A stretch of 63,976 nt of DNA, counting the filler, from Candidatus Woesearchaeota archaeon (GTDB lineage: Archaea > Nanobdellota > Nanobdellia > Woesearchaeales > CAZJJJ01), in the NCBI GenBank assembly GCA_046538795.1. It is 7 parts of 7 records of this genome, joined end to end, with 100 filler letters (N's around TTAATTAATTAA, not from the genome) between each part and the next. Parts side by side here need not be neighbours in the genome. Positions count along the whole stretch, not along the records: positions 1 to 27,649 come from JBKHIF010000013.1; 6 more parts are not named here. One strand, given 5' to 3'. Position 1 is the stretch's first letter. Each line of letters begins with the position of its first letter. A program made the position numbers and the translations under genes. This document shows positions 9,990-19,040 of this stretch, in pieces. The notes beneath the pieces were generated by a model, which did no database searches, was not told the DNA's origin, and worked only from the letters and a program-made list of their open reading frames with translations.

Positions 9990-11141
9990 TTAATTAAGAA
10001 AATCAATCTCAACTTCGAAAGAATCTTCTGTGGGGTATTCTGTAACTATTGCACATCTGTTTTTGATCTTCTTGGAAAGTTTTTTTGCAATTTTTACTGA
10101 AGTTAATATCCTAAGCTTATTTTCATCTCTTGCAATCATCTTGTCTTTTATCTTGAAATCTTTTTTCAGGTTTTCTTCAGTCTTTTTTAGAGACTCGAGA
10201 GTTTTTTGATTTTTCATTGCCTTTATTTTTTTCTGATATCCAAAACCCGGTTCAAGCCCTTTAGGGTAAATAACACCTCTTATCAGCATTCCTTCGGGGT
10301 CAACAACATCAAATTCCTGTCTTATATTCTCTGCCCGTCTCATTATCCTTTTTGCAAGCTGGACCTTATCTTTTAATTTAGCTGTGCAGAAATGAACATC
10401 AAGTTTTATGTTGTTTTCAGATACGTAAGATAACAATTCTTTTGCAAGCTTATCAGAACCTTTCACAGCATATGATGTCTTGTTCTTGGTCTTGAATCCC
10501 ATGTCTGATAATCTGCTTACTTTGTTATCTGCCATCTCAAGTTCATTCAGATTGATAAAGTTAACTTTTTCCTCTACAAATTCAATTAGTTTTTTTAGTT
10601 CCGTCCCTTTTCCTGGAATGACCGGAACTTCAATTCCTATCTTCCAGTTGTATTTGATAGCAAGATTAATCCTGTCCCAATATTTGTTGTCATCAAGATC
10701 TGGATGAAATCTTATCTCATCAAGCCCTGCCATATAAAGTTCTCTTAATGACTCATTTGAAACAAGATCAAGAGATGTGTAAAGATGTATATGAAAAATC
10801 TTTTTTTTAGTCTGGAATTTATCTTTAAGAGATTTTATGAAACGAACAGTTCTATTGAGCCTTGCAAGCGGATCTCCGCCTGTAATTCCTGCTCCTGCAG
10901 ATTCGCAGAGTTCTGCTTCTTTGATAATCTTATCTACCTCAGTCTCCTTGTCAATCTTTTTTTCATTTGCATAGATGACGTCTTTGCTGTACTTGTCATC
11001 AGATAATGGGCAGAAATAGCATTTTCTTGGGCATATGCCTGTAACAAATAAAACAAGCTTTTCTCCTTTTACACAATACTTACAGCCATCTGCAAGATTA
11101 CCTAATTTTTTTGAGTAAAAGCCAGTATTTTTGATCTGCAT
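9990..11141 (-). CDS. radical SAM protein, conserved archaeal family
   Basis: CxxxCxxC (CPRKCYFC), GITGGDPL, GLDEIRFH. Confidence 0.9.
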   Translation of the reverse strand: MQIKNTGFYSKKLGNLADGCKYCVKGEKLVLFVTGICPRKCYFCPLSDDKYSKDVIYANEKKIDKETEVDKIIKEAELCESAGAGITGGDPLARLNRTVRFIKSLKDKFQTKKKIFHIHLYTSLDLVSNESLRELYMAGLDEIRFHPDLDDNKYWDRINLAIKYNWKIGIEVPVIPGKGTELKKLIEFVEEKVNFINLNELEMADNKVSRLSDMGFKTKNKTSYAVKGSDKLAKELLSYVSENNIKLDVHFCTAKLKDKVQLAKRIMRRAENIRQEFDVVDPEGMLIRGVIYPKGLEPGFGYQKKIKAMKNQKTLESLKKTEENLKKDFKIKDKMIARDENKLRILTSVKIAKKLSKKIKNRCAIVTEYPTEDSFEVEIDFLN

Positions 11142-11213
11142 AAGACATATTGTTTTTCAATTATTTAAAAAAGTATGTGGAAAAATAAAAAAATCTGGAT
11201 AAAGAAGATTAAG

Positions 11214-11549
11214 CTATTGGTTTGATTTTTCTATGGGAACCATCATTCCGTTTGGACTGTTTTTGTCAACTACATAAACAAATAATATCTTCTCTTTTGT
11301 CTCTATTTTTTGGCAATTGACCATGCTGCTTAAATTCATTTTGTTTCTTATCTTGCGCGGTATAAGAAAATATTTTGTCGCTCCGTTCTTTCCTCTTGTT
11401 GCTATGTTTGTCTCAAATTCAGCAACATTTTCTGAAAAAAGATGCACGTTGTTGAAATGTCCCTGCAAGCCTATTGCTTCTTCATAGTCGACTTCCACTT
11501 CAAAAACAATCTGTTCTCCGTTTCTCTTTGAGCTTGTTATCTTTCCCAT
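11214..11549 (-). CDS. hypothetical protein, possibly AbrB-like
   Basis: 111-aa ORF with TRGKNGATKYFLIP; divergent from the PhoU-like regulator. Confidence 0.75.
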   Translation of the reverse strand: MGKITSSKRNGEQIVFEVEVDYEEAIGLQGHFNNVHLFSENVAEFETNIATRGKNGATKYFLIPRKIRNKMNLSSMVNCQKIETKEKILFVYVVDKNSPNGMMVPIEKSNQ

Positions 11550-11696
11550 TTCGCTTCACATCCTTTTTTTATCGATTAACCCTAAATGAATAACAATTAT
11601 CCGATAATGCGAACAAGATATATATTTAATCAATGTATTATATATATAATTTCACAAAAACATATATTTTTTAATATACTATGATTAACCAGATAT

Positions 11697-12644
11697 ATGG
11701 GTGAAAATATAAGGCGAAAAATAATACTTCACGGTCCTTCAACGCTTTCTGTATCTCTTCCATCTAAATGGGTTAAGAAAAATAATCTTGAAAAAGGAGA
11801 TGAGATTAATATCAGTGAAAAAAATTCTGTCCTTATGATAAGTTGCGATAATATGGCAGAAGACAGGACAAGGATAGTTCTTGATACAAAAGACAAAAGC
11901 GAATCTGTCATTAAAAAATTTCTATTGTCATGCTATAGAAAAGGTATTGATGAGATTGAGCTTTTATTTGGTTCTTATGAGTGTATTGATTTTTTGAAAA
12001 ATTTTATCAATGATATGATGGTTGGATTTGAGATAATAAAGCATACTGCAAATAACATTACTATAAGAAGCATATCAGTACCTGCGATAAACGAATTTAA
12101 AAATTTAAAGCGAAGACTATTTCTTTCTGTTATAGAATACTCTGAAAATATGAAAATTATCCTTGAAGAAAATACATTAGATAATTCTGATCAATACGAC
12201 TCTCTTATAGGAAGCATTTCAAGGATAAGCAATCTCTGTTACAGGATACTTGTGAAAAATAATGATCTTGATGACAGGGTGCATGAAAGCATGATAGTTG
12301 CATCCCTTGACAGGATAGGCAGCACATTGTTTGATTTTCTTTCTGAGGCAAGCCATTCTGTTGCTGATCTTAGCAATATAAAAAAAAGATATGTATCCAC
12401 CATAAGCTTGCTTCGATCTGTCTATGAGACCCATTATAATTATTCTTTAACAACTTATTCAGTTCTTGTCGAAAAGCATAAGAAGAATTCTCATGAAATC
12501 ATGAAAGATCTCTTTTTTGCTGAAACTGATTCTGTTATCTGGAGCAGACTTTATAGTCTTTCAGAACGGATCGCCGACCTTTTTGATCCTATCCTGGCTC
12601 TCAACTGTAATCCCATTGACACTAGAAGTCATGCTGATCAGTGA
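11697..12644 (+). CDS. AbrB-PhoU family regulator, archaeal type
   Basis: RKIILHGPSTLSVSLPSKWVKKNNLEKGDEI AbrB N-terminus, YRKGIDEI, C-terminal helical PhoU-like repeats. Confidence 0.8.
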   Translation: MGENIRRKIILHGPSTLSVSLPSKWVKKNNLEKGDEINISEKNSVLMISCDNMAEDRTRIVLDTKDKSESVIKKFLLSCYRKGIDEIELLFGSYECIDFLKNFINDMMVGFEIIKHTANNITIRSISVPAINEFKNLKRRLFLSVIEYSENMKIILEENTLDNSDQYDSLIGSISRISNLCYRILVKNNDLDDRVHESMIVASLDRIGSTLFDFLSEASHSVADLSNIKKRYVSTISLLRSVYETHYNYSLTTYSVLVEKHKKNSHEIMKDLFFAETDSVIWSRLYSLSERIADLFDPILALNCNPIDTRSHADQ

Positions 12645-14012
12645 CTTAAGTATTCCTTTTTCATCACATGAGTTACATTTATTCATTATATCTTCCCTTG
12701 GTTTTTCTTTGTTTCTTATTTTATAAAGATACATATATAACTCTTTAAGCTTTTCATGGAGTTCACTCTGGATATTATCATCCATTGTTCTAGTCTTTTC
12801 CATCCAATGTATGCTAAGGCTGGTCTTCCTTAGCTTATTGTAGAATTCAAGTTCATCAAAAAGAAAATTATATCTTTGTTCATCTATAGATTCCTTGATA
12901 TTTTTGATCTTTTCATGATAATGTTTCTTAAGATCATTTAGTAAGTTAATATCTTCTCTTATCTCTACATGATCAAATATGTCCTGCATATCGTTTTCGT
13001 TGTATTCTTTATAAGAGATATCATAATAGAATATATTTGACAGCAAAAATCTTTTTGTATCATCAAAAGTAGATTGGTTCAGTCCCTTGAATATAAGATC
13101 TATTATTTTTTCTTTTTTATCTTCAGGAATAGATATATCCTGTTCGTCTCTGTTGACCAAAGAGGATATCCTTCTTGTATCAAAGAATCTTTCTACTGAA
13201 GAAAGGTTTATCAGGACATTATCTGGGTTTATGTATCTTAATCTAAAATAAGGATCCTTGTCAAGAATTTGTCCTATCCTCTCAAGATCTGCATATATGT
13301 CTTTATTTGCAATGATTTCATACTTGTAAAGGATCTTATCAAATGATTCTTTTATCTTTTTGCTGTGGTATTCATAAACCTCTTTTGTATCTTCAAGTTC
13401 TGCCAGTTGAAGAGTTATCAGGTTATCGATCATTTTCTTAAGAAGTAGAGCTAAGAGCTTTTTTGCAAAAGGATTTTTTCTTTTTTCTTTTTTGATCGTT
13501 TCCAAAAGGTCAGAAAGCCTGATTCCTTCTATCTCCTGCAAAAGGACATAATTTTCACAGATATAAGCTTCAGGAGCATTGATAAATGAAAGTTTTGAAA
13601 GCATAGGATTATCTATCTTTCCTGTTCTTGCTTTTTTCAGTTCTTTATTGTGTTTTGCGATCTTTGAAAATATTTCTCTTTTCAGGTCACCATCTTCTTT
13701 CTTCTTAAGCCTGTATATTTTTCCATCTATACGCAATAATATGCCTTTTTCAGGAAAATTATCATGAGATATATCCTTTCTGTAATATTTCAGATAAAGC
13801 CTTATTAGTTTTTCAGCATCTTCTTTTCTGCCTTCAGAAAAATATCTCTTCAGGGTATTTAGAACATTGATCTTTTGCGTCGTGTTGTTTCCTATCGCTT
13901 TTTCTTTAAGAAGATCATTTCTTTCATAAAGATTCTTAATCTCGTTTTTCAGCATGATTCTTTCTTTTCTCAAATCATCGATAATCTTCATCAAGTCCTT
14001 TTTTGACGGCAT
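12561..14012 (-). CDS. hypothetical protein with degenerate APH/choline-kinase-like fold (probable pseudokinase)
   Basis: APEAY...LLQEIEGIRLSDLL hinge-like segment, LRYINPDNVLI catalytic-loop-like segment lacking the Asp, FYYD. Confidence 0.5.
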   Translation of the reverse strand: MPSKKDLMKIIDDLRKERIMLKNEIKNLYERNDLLKEKAIGNNTTQKINVLNTLKRYFSEGRKEDAEKLIRLYLKYYRKDISHDNFPEKGILLRIDGKIYRLKKKEDGDLKREIFSKIAKHNKELKKARTGKIDNPMLSKLSFINAPEAYICENYVLLQEIEGIRLSDLLETIKKEKRKNPFAKKLLALLLKKMIDNLITLQLAELEDTKEVYEYHSKKIKESFDKILYKYEIIANKDIYADLERIGQILDKDPYFRLRYINPDNVLINLSSVERFFDTRRISSLVNRDEQDISIPEDKKEKIIDLIFKGLNQSTFDDTKRFLLSNIFYYDISYKEYNENDMQDIFDHVEIREDINLLNDLKKHYHEKIKNIKESIDEQRYNFLFDELEFYNKLRKTSLSIHWMEKTRTMDDNIQSELHEKLKELYMYLYKIRNKEKPREDIMNKCNSCDEKGILKSLISMTSSVNGITVESQDRIKKVGDPF

Positions 14013-14156
14013 ATTTATGGATAATCTAATTGTTTTTATAAATATGATTTGTTTACTTTTTGAAAATAATCTGGTTTTTTATCCTGTTACTCCCGTAAAT
14101 ATTAAAAACAAGCTTTTTGATTTTTAAATAAGAAAACCTAAAAAGGGGTGGTTTTA

Positions 14157-14378
14157 ATGAAAAAAAATGTTTTGTTAGTTGTAAAAGTGTTAACAGTAAT
14201 GCTGGTTCTTGGCGGACTTTTCATGGGTTCGACAGCTCTTGCAGGAGAATCAGTGCCTGAAGTGGTAGCAGATGGCAGTAAAGATGATGGGTTATTTCAG
14301 CCATTGAGTGGATGTAAAAATGCATGCGGCTGGTGTCCTAATGATGGTGCATGTGATTTTGCTCTAAGGTGCTGCTAG
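14157..14378 (+). CDS. secreted Cys-rich prepro-peptide, 73 aa
   Basis: AGGGGTGG SD before ATG 14157; signal peptide ending ALA, acidic pro-region ending FQPL, core SGCKNACGWCPNDGACDFALRCC. Confidence 0.75.
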   Translation: MKKNVLLVVKVLTVMLVLGGLFMGSTALAGESVPEVVADGSKDDGLFQPLSGCKNACGWCPNDGACDFALRCC

Positions 14379-16583
14379 ATTTCTTATTTCTTTTATAAAA
14401 TACATGTCGGCCAGCGTATGGCTGGTCTTTTTACCTGATGCTCTTGGAAAAACCCAGTATGCATCATTTAATATTGCATTTTCTTTTTCACCAACATGAT
14501 CTGATAATAATTTTTCCAATATAATTTTTTTTGACAAAACATATTCAGAATAATTGTCATTGTCTGCATATATTTCTGGAATAAGAAGCAATAGTCTTGC
14601 AGCAGCAGTCGTATCCTTTGAACTGGTTTTTTCATCATATGAAAATGCAAACAAGTAAGGTATTTCGGGTTGTTCAAGTATCTTGTTGTTAAGTTCTATT
14701 GCTTTATTTGAATAGCTCTTGTTTTTGGTTTTTTCATAAACAAGATGATTTGCATATGCTGCCTGAAGATAATCCCTTGTAAATACAGATGAATAATTTT
14801 TCAATGATTTATCAGTTAATATGACTGCTCCCCCTTTTCTTACTCCGCTATGTGAACTGTCTTTTAGAAGGATATTTTTAGTCGCAATATTGTTTTTCAT
14901 AGGTTCATCAAGACCCATCTGGTTCATGATATCCTGTCTTGCAATTACACTTTCATACATATAAGCATCATCTTCAATATTCATCTCATTGAATTTATCC
15001 AGTTTTTCTTTTGCATAGGAAAAATAGGTTATGTTTCCTGTCTCATCATATAGCCAAACAAGAAACTCAACTGTGTACATATCTTCAGTACCTGTAACAT
15101 TAACCCTGAAATTATCAAGAAGGAATATTGTGTTATAAGCAACCTCAACCAGCTTATCAAGATACTTTATATCTCCAGTTATCTCATAAGCAGGAGCTAG
15201 AGCATAATAATATTTCATGCTTACTGAGCCTTCATCAACATCCATATAATATATCTTATCTGCATATTCTATAGCATAAGGAAGAACTTCAGGGAAATCT
15301 TCAGCAACAGTGAAAAGAATATTTACAAAATAACCTATGTCATCAGAATCTTCTTCTAAAAAGACCCAGTTTCCTTCCTTATCCAGATAGACAGGGAAAA
15401 GTAATTCTCCATTTGCTCCTGAAAAAACCCCTTTCTCTAATGGTTTTATGATCTTTTGCTTAACAATGCCTGAATAAAGCTTTTCAGCCATCCTCTGGTT
15501 CTCGGAAAGGTCTATTCCACGTCTCTCTATTCTTGATGCAATCGCCCCGACGCTGTTATATTCATCCCAGAATATTTTTCCAAGATAAAATGCATTTATC
15601 AAAAAGAAAAATATTATTATGGCAAGACCTGCAATCTTTACCTTTTTTCTAAGTTCGATTAGTCCAAGATCTTTAATCACTTGATCTTCAGAATCAAATC
15701 TATCTTTTGGATTTCTGGAAATACCTTTTTCAATAAGCCTCTTAATAGATTTATTCAAATTTACTGATGTGTCAGGAGGAATCACAACCTTTCTTTTTTT
15801 CTTGAGCCTGATTATTTCCTTGTCGCTAATACCATTTTCTTTGCCAAAGGCCTGTTCTCCGGAAATCATCTCATAAAGAACAAGAAACGCCTGATACTGG
15901 TCAGTTTTATCATTAAGCTTGAAATGTCCTTTTCCCCAGCCAACTTGTTCAGGGGCCAGATAGGGAGTTGTTCCCAAACTTTTGAATACGGAAAGATCAT
16001 CAATATCTGACCCTTCTCTTTTGAGTTTTGCAATCCCAAAATCTATGAGATATGCCGAGACTTGTGAAGGAGAAACATCATCGAAATAAGAACTAACGCT
16101 TTCCTTTTTGAACTTCTTGTCTGAAGATATTATTATATTATCCGGCTTTATATCAAGATGAAGAATGTTCTTTTCATGAGCATGTTTTAATGCCTTGATA
16201 ATCTCTTTGAATATCTTAAGGGCAATTTTTTCAGGTATTGTTTTGCCTTTAGAATGATATGAATCAAGGATCTTTTTTAAAGAAACCCCATTTTCTATGT
16301 GCTGAGACCTTATGAAAATATTATCTCTTTTTTTTACTATATCATATATGACAGCGATATTTTTGTGCTTCATACCTGCAAGGATCTTTGCCTCTCTCTC
16401 AAATCTCTCTTTTGCAATAGGGTCATCAAGTTTCAGGATCTTTATATCCTCGAGCCGCATCAGGTTTTTGTTCTCAACAAGCAAAGAATGAGAAAATCCG
16501 CCTTCTCCATGGATCTTTTTAATGTCAAAATCGCTTTCCAGAACGCTTCCTATCATCTCTTTGATAGCATCTCCTTCGCCCAT
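14364..16583 (-). CDS. membrane-spanning Hanks-type Ser/Thr kinase with C-terminal alpha/alpha-toroid (GH88/LanC-like) domain
   Basis: GEGGFS, ERFERE, HLDIKPDN, DFGIAK, GTTPYLAPEQ; TM IAGLAIIIFFFLINAF; repeated YExTGDxxY-type hairpins and KDTTAAA. Confidence 0.85.
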   Translation of the reverse strand: MGEGDAIKEMIGSVLESDFDIKKIHGEGGFSHSLLVENKNLMRLEDIKILKLDDPIAKERFEREAKILAGMKHKNIAVIYDIVKKRDNIFIRSQHIENGVSLKKILDSYHSKGKTIPEKIALKIFKEIIKALKHAHEKNILHLDIKPDNIIISSDKKFKKESVSSYFDDVSPSQVSAYLIDFGIAKLKREGSDIDDLSVFKSLGTTPYLAPEQVGWGKGHFKLNDKTDQYQAFLVLYEMISGEQAFGKENGISDKEIIRLKKKRKVVIPPDTSVNLNKSIKRLIEKGISRNPKDRFDSEDQVIKDLGLIELRKKVKIAGLAIIIFFFLINAFYLGKIFWDEYNSVGAIASRIERRGIDLSENQRMAEKLYSGIVKQKIIKPLEKGVFSGANGELLFPVYLDKEGNWVFLEEDSDDIGYFVNILFTVAEDFPEVLPYAIEYADKIYYMDVDEGSVSMKYYYALAPAYEITGDIKYLDKLVEVAYNTIFLLDNFRVNVTGTEDMYTVEFLVWLYDETGNITYFSYAKEKLDKFNEMNIEDDAYMYESVIARQDIMNQMGLDEPMKNNIATKNILLKDSSHSGVRKGGAVILTDKSLKNYSSVFTRDYLQAAYANHLVYEKTKNKSYSNKAIELNNKILEQPEIPYLFAFSYDEKTSSKDTTAAARLLLLIPEIYADNDNYSEYVLSKKIILEKLLSDHVGEKENAILNDAYWVFPRASGKKTSHTLADMYFIKEIRNLAAP

Positions 16584-16660
16584 GGATAAGAAGATTTAGA
16601 GAACATTATTTAAATCTTTAGAGCCATGCAATAAGATTTATAAATCTTCAGCATTATCTT

Positions 16661-17059
16661 ATGGTTATGGCACAGCTTACGCGTATCAAAGTTGTACTTG
16701 TATTCCGGGACATGAACTTTTGTTCAGATGTAAGAGGAAAGCTTGCTAACATGGATAATCGCTATGAAATCTATGAAAGCTCGCTTACAGGAAACTATAC
16801 ATCTCTTATAATGAATCAGTCTCCTGATGTGATAATTATGGATGTAACAAAATCAGATGAATTAAGCGATTCTGTCATAATGAATCTGTCAGGAGATTCA
16901 GATATGAAACACATTCCTCTCATATTTCTTTTATCTTCAAGAAATGACGAAGTCATAGAAGGCATGACTCAGATGTTTTCAAGAGATTTTATGAAAAAGC
17001 CGATTGATTACGATAAGCTTGACGAGAAGATCAAGAAATTAGCATCTGAAAATCAATGA
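16661..17059 (+). CDS. single-domain response-regulator receiver (CheY-like, atypical acidic pocket)
   Basis: PDVIIMD, IPLIFL, FMKKPID motifs. Confidence 0.8.
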   Translation: MVMAQLTRIKVVLVFRDMNFCSDVRGKLANMDNRYEIYESSLTGNYTSLIMNQSPDVIIMDVTKSDELSDSVIMNLSGDSDMKHIPLIFLLSSRNDEVIEGMTQMFSRDFMKKPIDYDKLDEKIKKLASENQ

Positions 17060-17111
17060 TCAGATAATTATACAGGAAAGTTTTTTATTATAGGTATTAC
17101 TTTTTCTATCA

Positions 17112-18074
17112 ATGCAAGAATTAGTCAGGATACCAGGCTCTGAAAAAATAAAGATAAAAGAGTCTTTTGAAAAAAGATACAGAGAGATTCTTAAAGATGA
17201 ATATGATGAATTCATTAGGTATTCTTTAAGTTTTCTGCGACAATCAATAAGAGTAAACACACTTAAAGCAAATGTCGATGAAACAAGAAAAAGGATAGAG
17301 AAAAAGGGATTCAGTCTTGAACCAATTCCATGGTGCAAAGAAGGATTTTGGATATATGGAGAACGAAAAGATATAGGAAATCTTCTTGAGCATTCCTTGG
17401 GTTATATCTATGTGCAGGAGGCAATGTCTATGGTTCCTCCTGTCGTTCTTGAACCTAAACCCGGAGAAAATATTCTTGATCTTTGTGCAGCACCCGGATC
17501 AAAGACAACTCAGATTGCACAATACATGGAAAATAAAGGGGTCTTGGTTGCAAATGACATAACTCCTGTTCGTGCAAGACCTCTTGGAATAAATGTACAA
17601 AGATGCGGGATACAAAACATAATGCTTACGCTAACAAGAGGACAGGAATTGACTAAAAGATTTCCTGAAGGATATTTTGATAAGATACTTGTAGATGCTC
17701 CTTGTTCAGGAACAGGAACAATAAGAAAATCTCTTAAAACACTATGGCAGACATCTGAAGGATTTGTGAAAAAGATGGCGCGCGAACAGAAAAAACTGGT
17801 AAGCTCAGCTTTCAGGGTTCTTAAGAAAGGTGGTACAATGGTATACTCGACCTGTACTCTTGAACCTTCTGAAGATGAAGAGACAATATCTTATCTTCTT
17901 GACAATTTTGATTGCAAGACTGAAAAGATACTTCTTCCTAAACTTAAATCAGCAGAACCTATTACTGAATGGAACAATAAGAAATTCAATGATGGAGTCA
18001 AAAATTGTCTTCGTGTATACCCTCATCAGAATGATACAGAAGGATTCTTTGTCTGTAAAATAGTTAAGTTATGA
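17112..18074 (+). CDS. RsmB/NOP2/NSUN family RNA m5C methyltransferase
   Basis: YVQEA, LDLCAAPGSKT, DAPCSGTG, YSTCT, EGFF. Confidence 0.93.
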   Translation: MQELVRIPGSEKIKIKESFEKRYREILKDEYDEFIRYSLSFLRQSIRVNTLKANVDETRKRIEKKGFSLEPIPWCKEGFWIYGERKDIGNLLEHSLGYIYVQEAMSMVPPVVLEPKPGENILDLCAAPGSKTTQIAQYMENKGVLVANDITPVRARPLGINVQRCGIQNIMLTLTRGQELTKRFPEGYFDKILVDAPCSGTGTIRKSLKTLWQTSEGFVKKMAREQKKLVSSAFRVLKKGGTMVYSTCTLEPSEDEETISYLLDNFDCKTEKILLPKLKSAEPITEWNNKKFNDGVKNCLRVYPHQNDTEGFFVCKIVKL

Positions 18075-18190
18075 TAAAATGATTGTTTATTTTAAAATAG
18101 ATAAATTATATTCTCAAAAATAGATAACTTTTTATACTATTTTTTTCTTACAACTGGCAATCGAGAGAAAAAGATAATGGACGTGTTAGA

Positions 18191-18493
18191 TTGAGTGATT
18201 TAGAAGATAGGTGCGACGACACTGATATTGATAAAAGACGATGGGAAGGGGACATCCACAGGATAATTTATAGTTCTTCAGATGCAGATAGGACAGATCT
18301 TGATACTGAGATTGCAATGATATTTCAATATCTTGGAAAATCTGTTCCAAGAAAAACTTATAACGTAGATAATCAGAAAACATATGATTCTCCTTTCAAT
18401 ATGCCTTTACCTATTCCAAGAAAAAATCATCTAAATGGTCCATATTCACAGTATAATCCTTCAATCGGTGGTTATATTCACGATGGTGATTAA
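18191..18493 (+). CDS. hypothetical protein
   Basis: 100-aa ORF, uncertain TTG start, fills an intergenic gap. Confidence 0.45.
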   Translation: MSDLEDRCDDTDIDKRRWEGDIHRIIYSSSDADRTDLDTEIAMIFQYLGKSVPRKTYNVDNQKTYDSPFNMPLPIPRKNHLNGPYSQYNPSIGGYIHDGD

Positions 18494-18535
18494 ATCAGAT
18501 AAATTTTATATATAGTTCTTAATTACTTTGCATTC

Positions 18536-18982
18536 ATGCAGTACGGTAAACATGATGTTGCGATATTATTGAAAAAAAACAAAAGTACTTCTGGAATAAA
18601 ATTTTTATCATCTTTAGAAGGGATAGTAGATGATTCAGGTTGGATTGTTTCTGGATCATCAAGATCTTCAATTGATTTTTATAAAGATCTCCCAAAGCCT
18701 CTGGATCATTATATTTCAGGTTCTTGTTTTAGATTATCTGGTAAAGATGGTTATAATCACGAGATGCTTCATGCGATTGTTCCTGAAGAAAAGACAAAAG
18801 ATTATGATTATGGGATAATATTTGATTCAGATGGTATAGGTCATATCGCAAGCTGTTATATATCTATGATAAATCGGCATAAGCATCAGCTTGCAAATGC
18901 ATTAAAAAAAAAATACGGCTCAGATAAAGTTGCTGTTATTAAATCATTTCCTCTTGATTCTGAAAAAAATATAGATTTCTAG
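18536..18982 (+). CDS. hypothetical protein
   Basis: 148-aa ATG ORF preceded by a TATA-like box. Confidence 0.65.
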   Translation: MQYGKHDVAILLKKNKSTSGIKFLSSLEGIVDDSGWIVSGSSRSSIDFYKDLPKPLDHYISGSCFRLSGKDGYNHEMLHAIVPEEKTKDYDYGIIFDSDGIGHIASCYISMINRHKHQLANALKKKYGSDKVAVIKSFPLDSEKNIDF

Positions 18983-19040
18983 ACATTGAAAATATTTTCT
19001 TAAGTAAATTTTATATAAAGACAGTTTCAACAAGCACATT

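Noticed and set aside
14157..16583. Class III/IV lanthipeptide synthetase plus precursor
   Set aside because: No lyase domain, a TM separates the kinase from the toroid domain, the toroid has no Cys for Zn ligation, and the peptide has a Sec-type signal and only one Ser in its core
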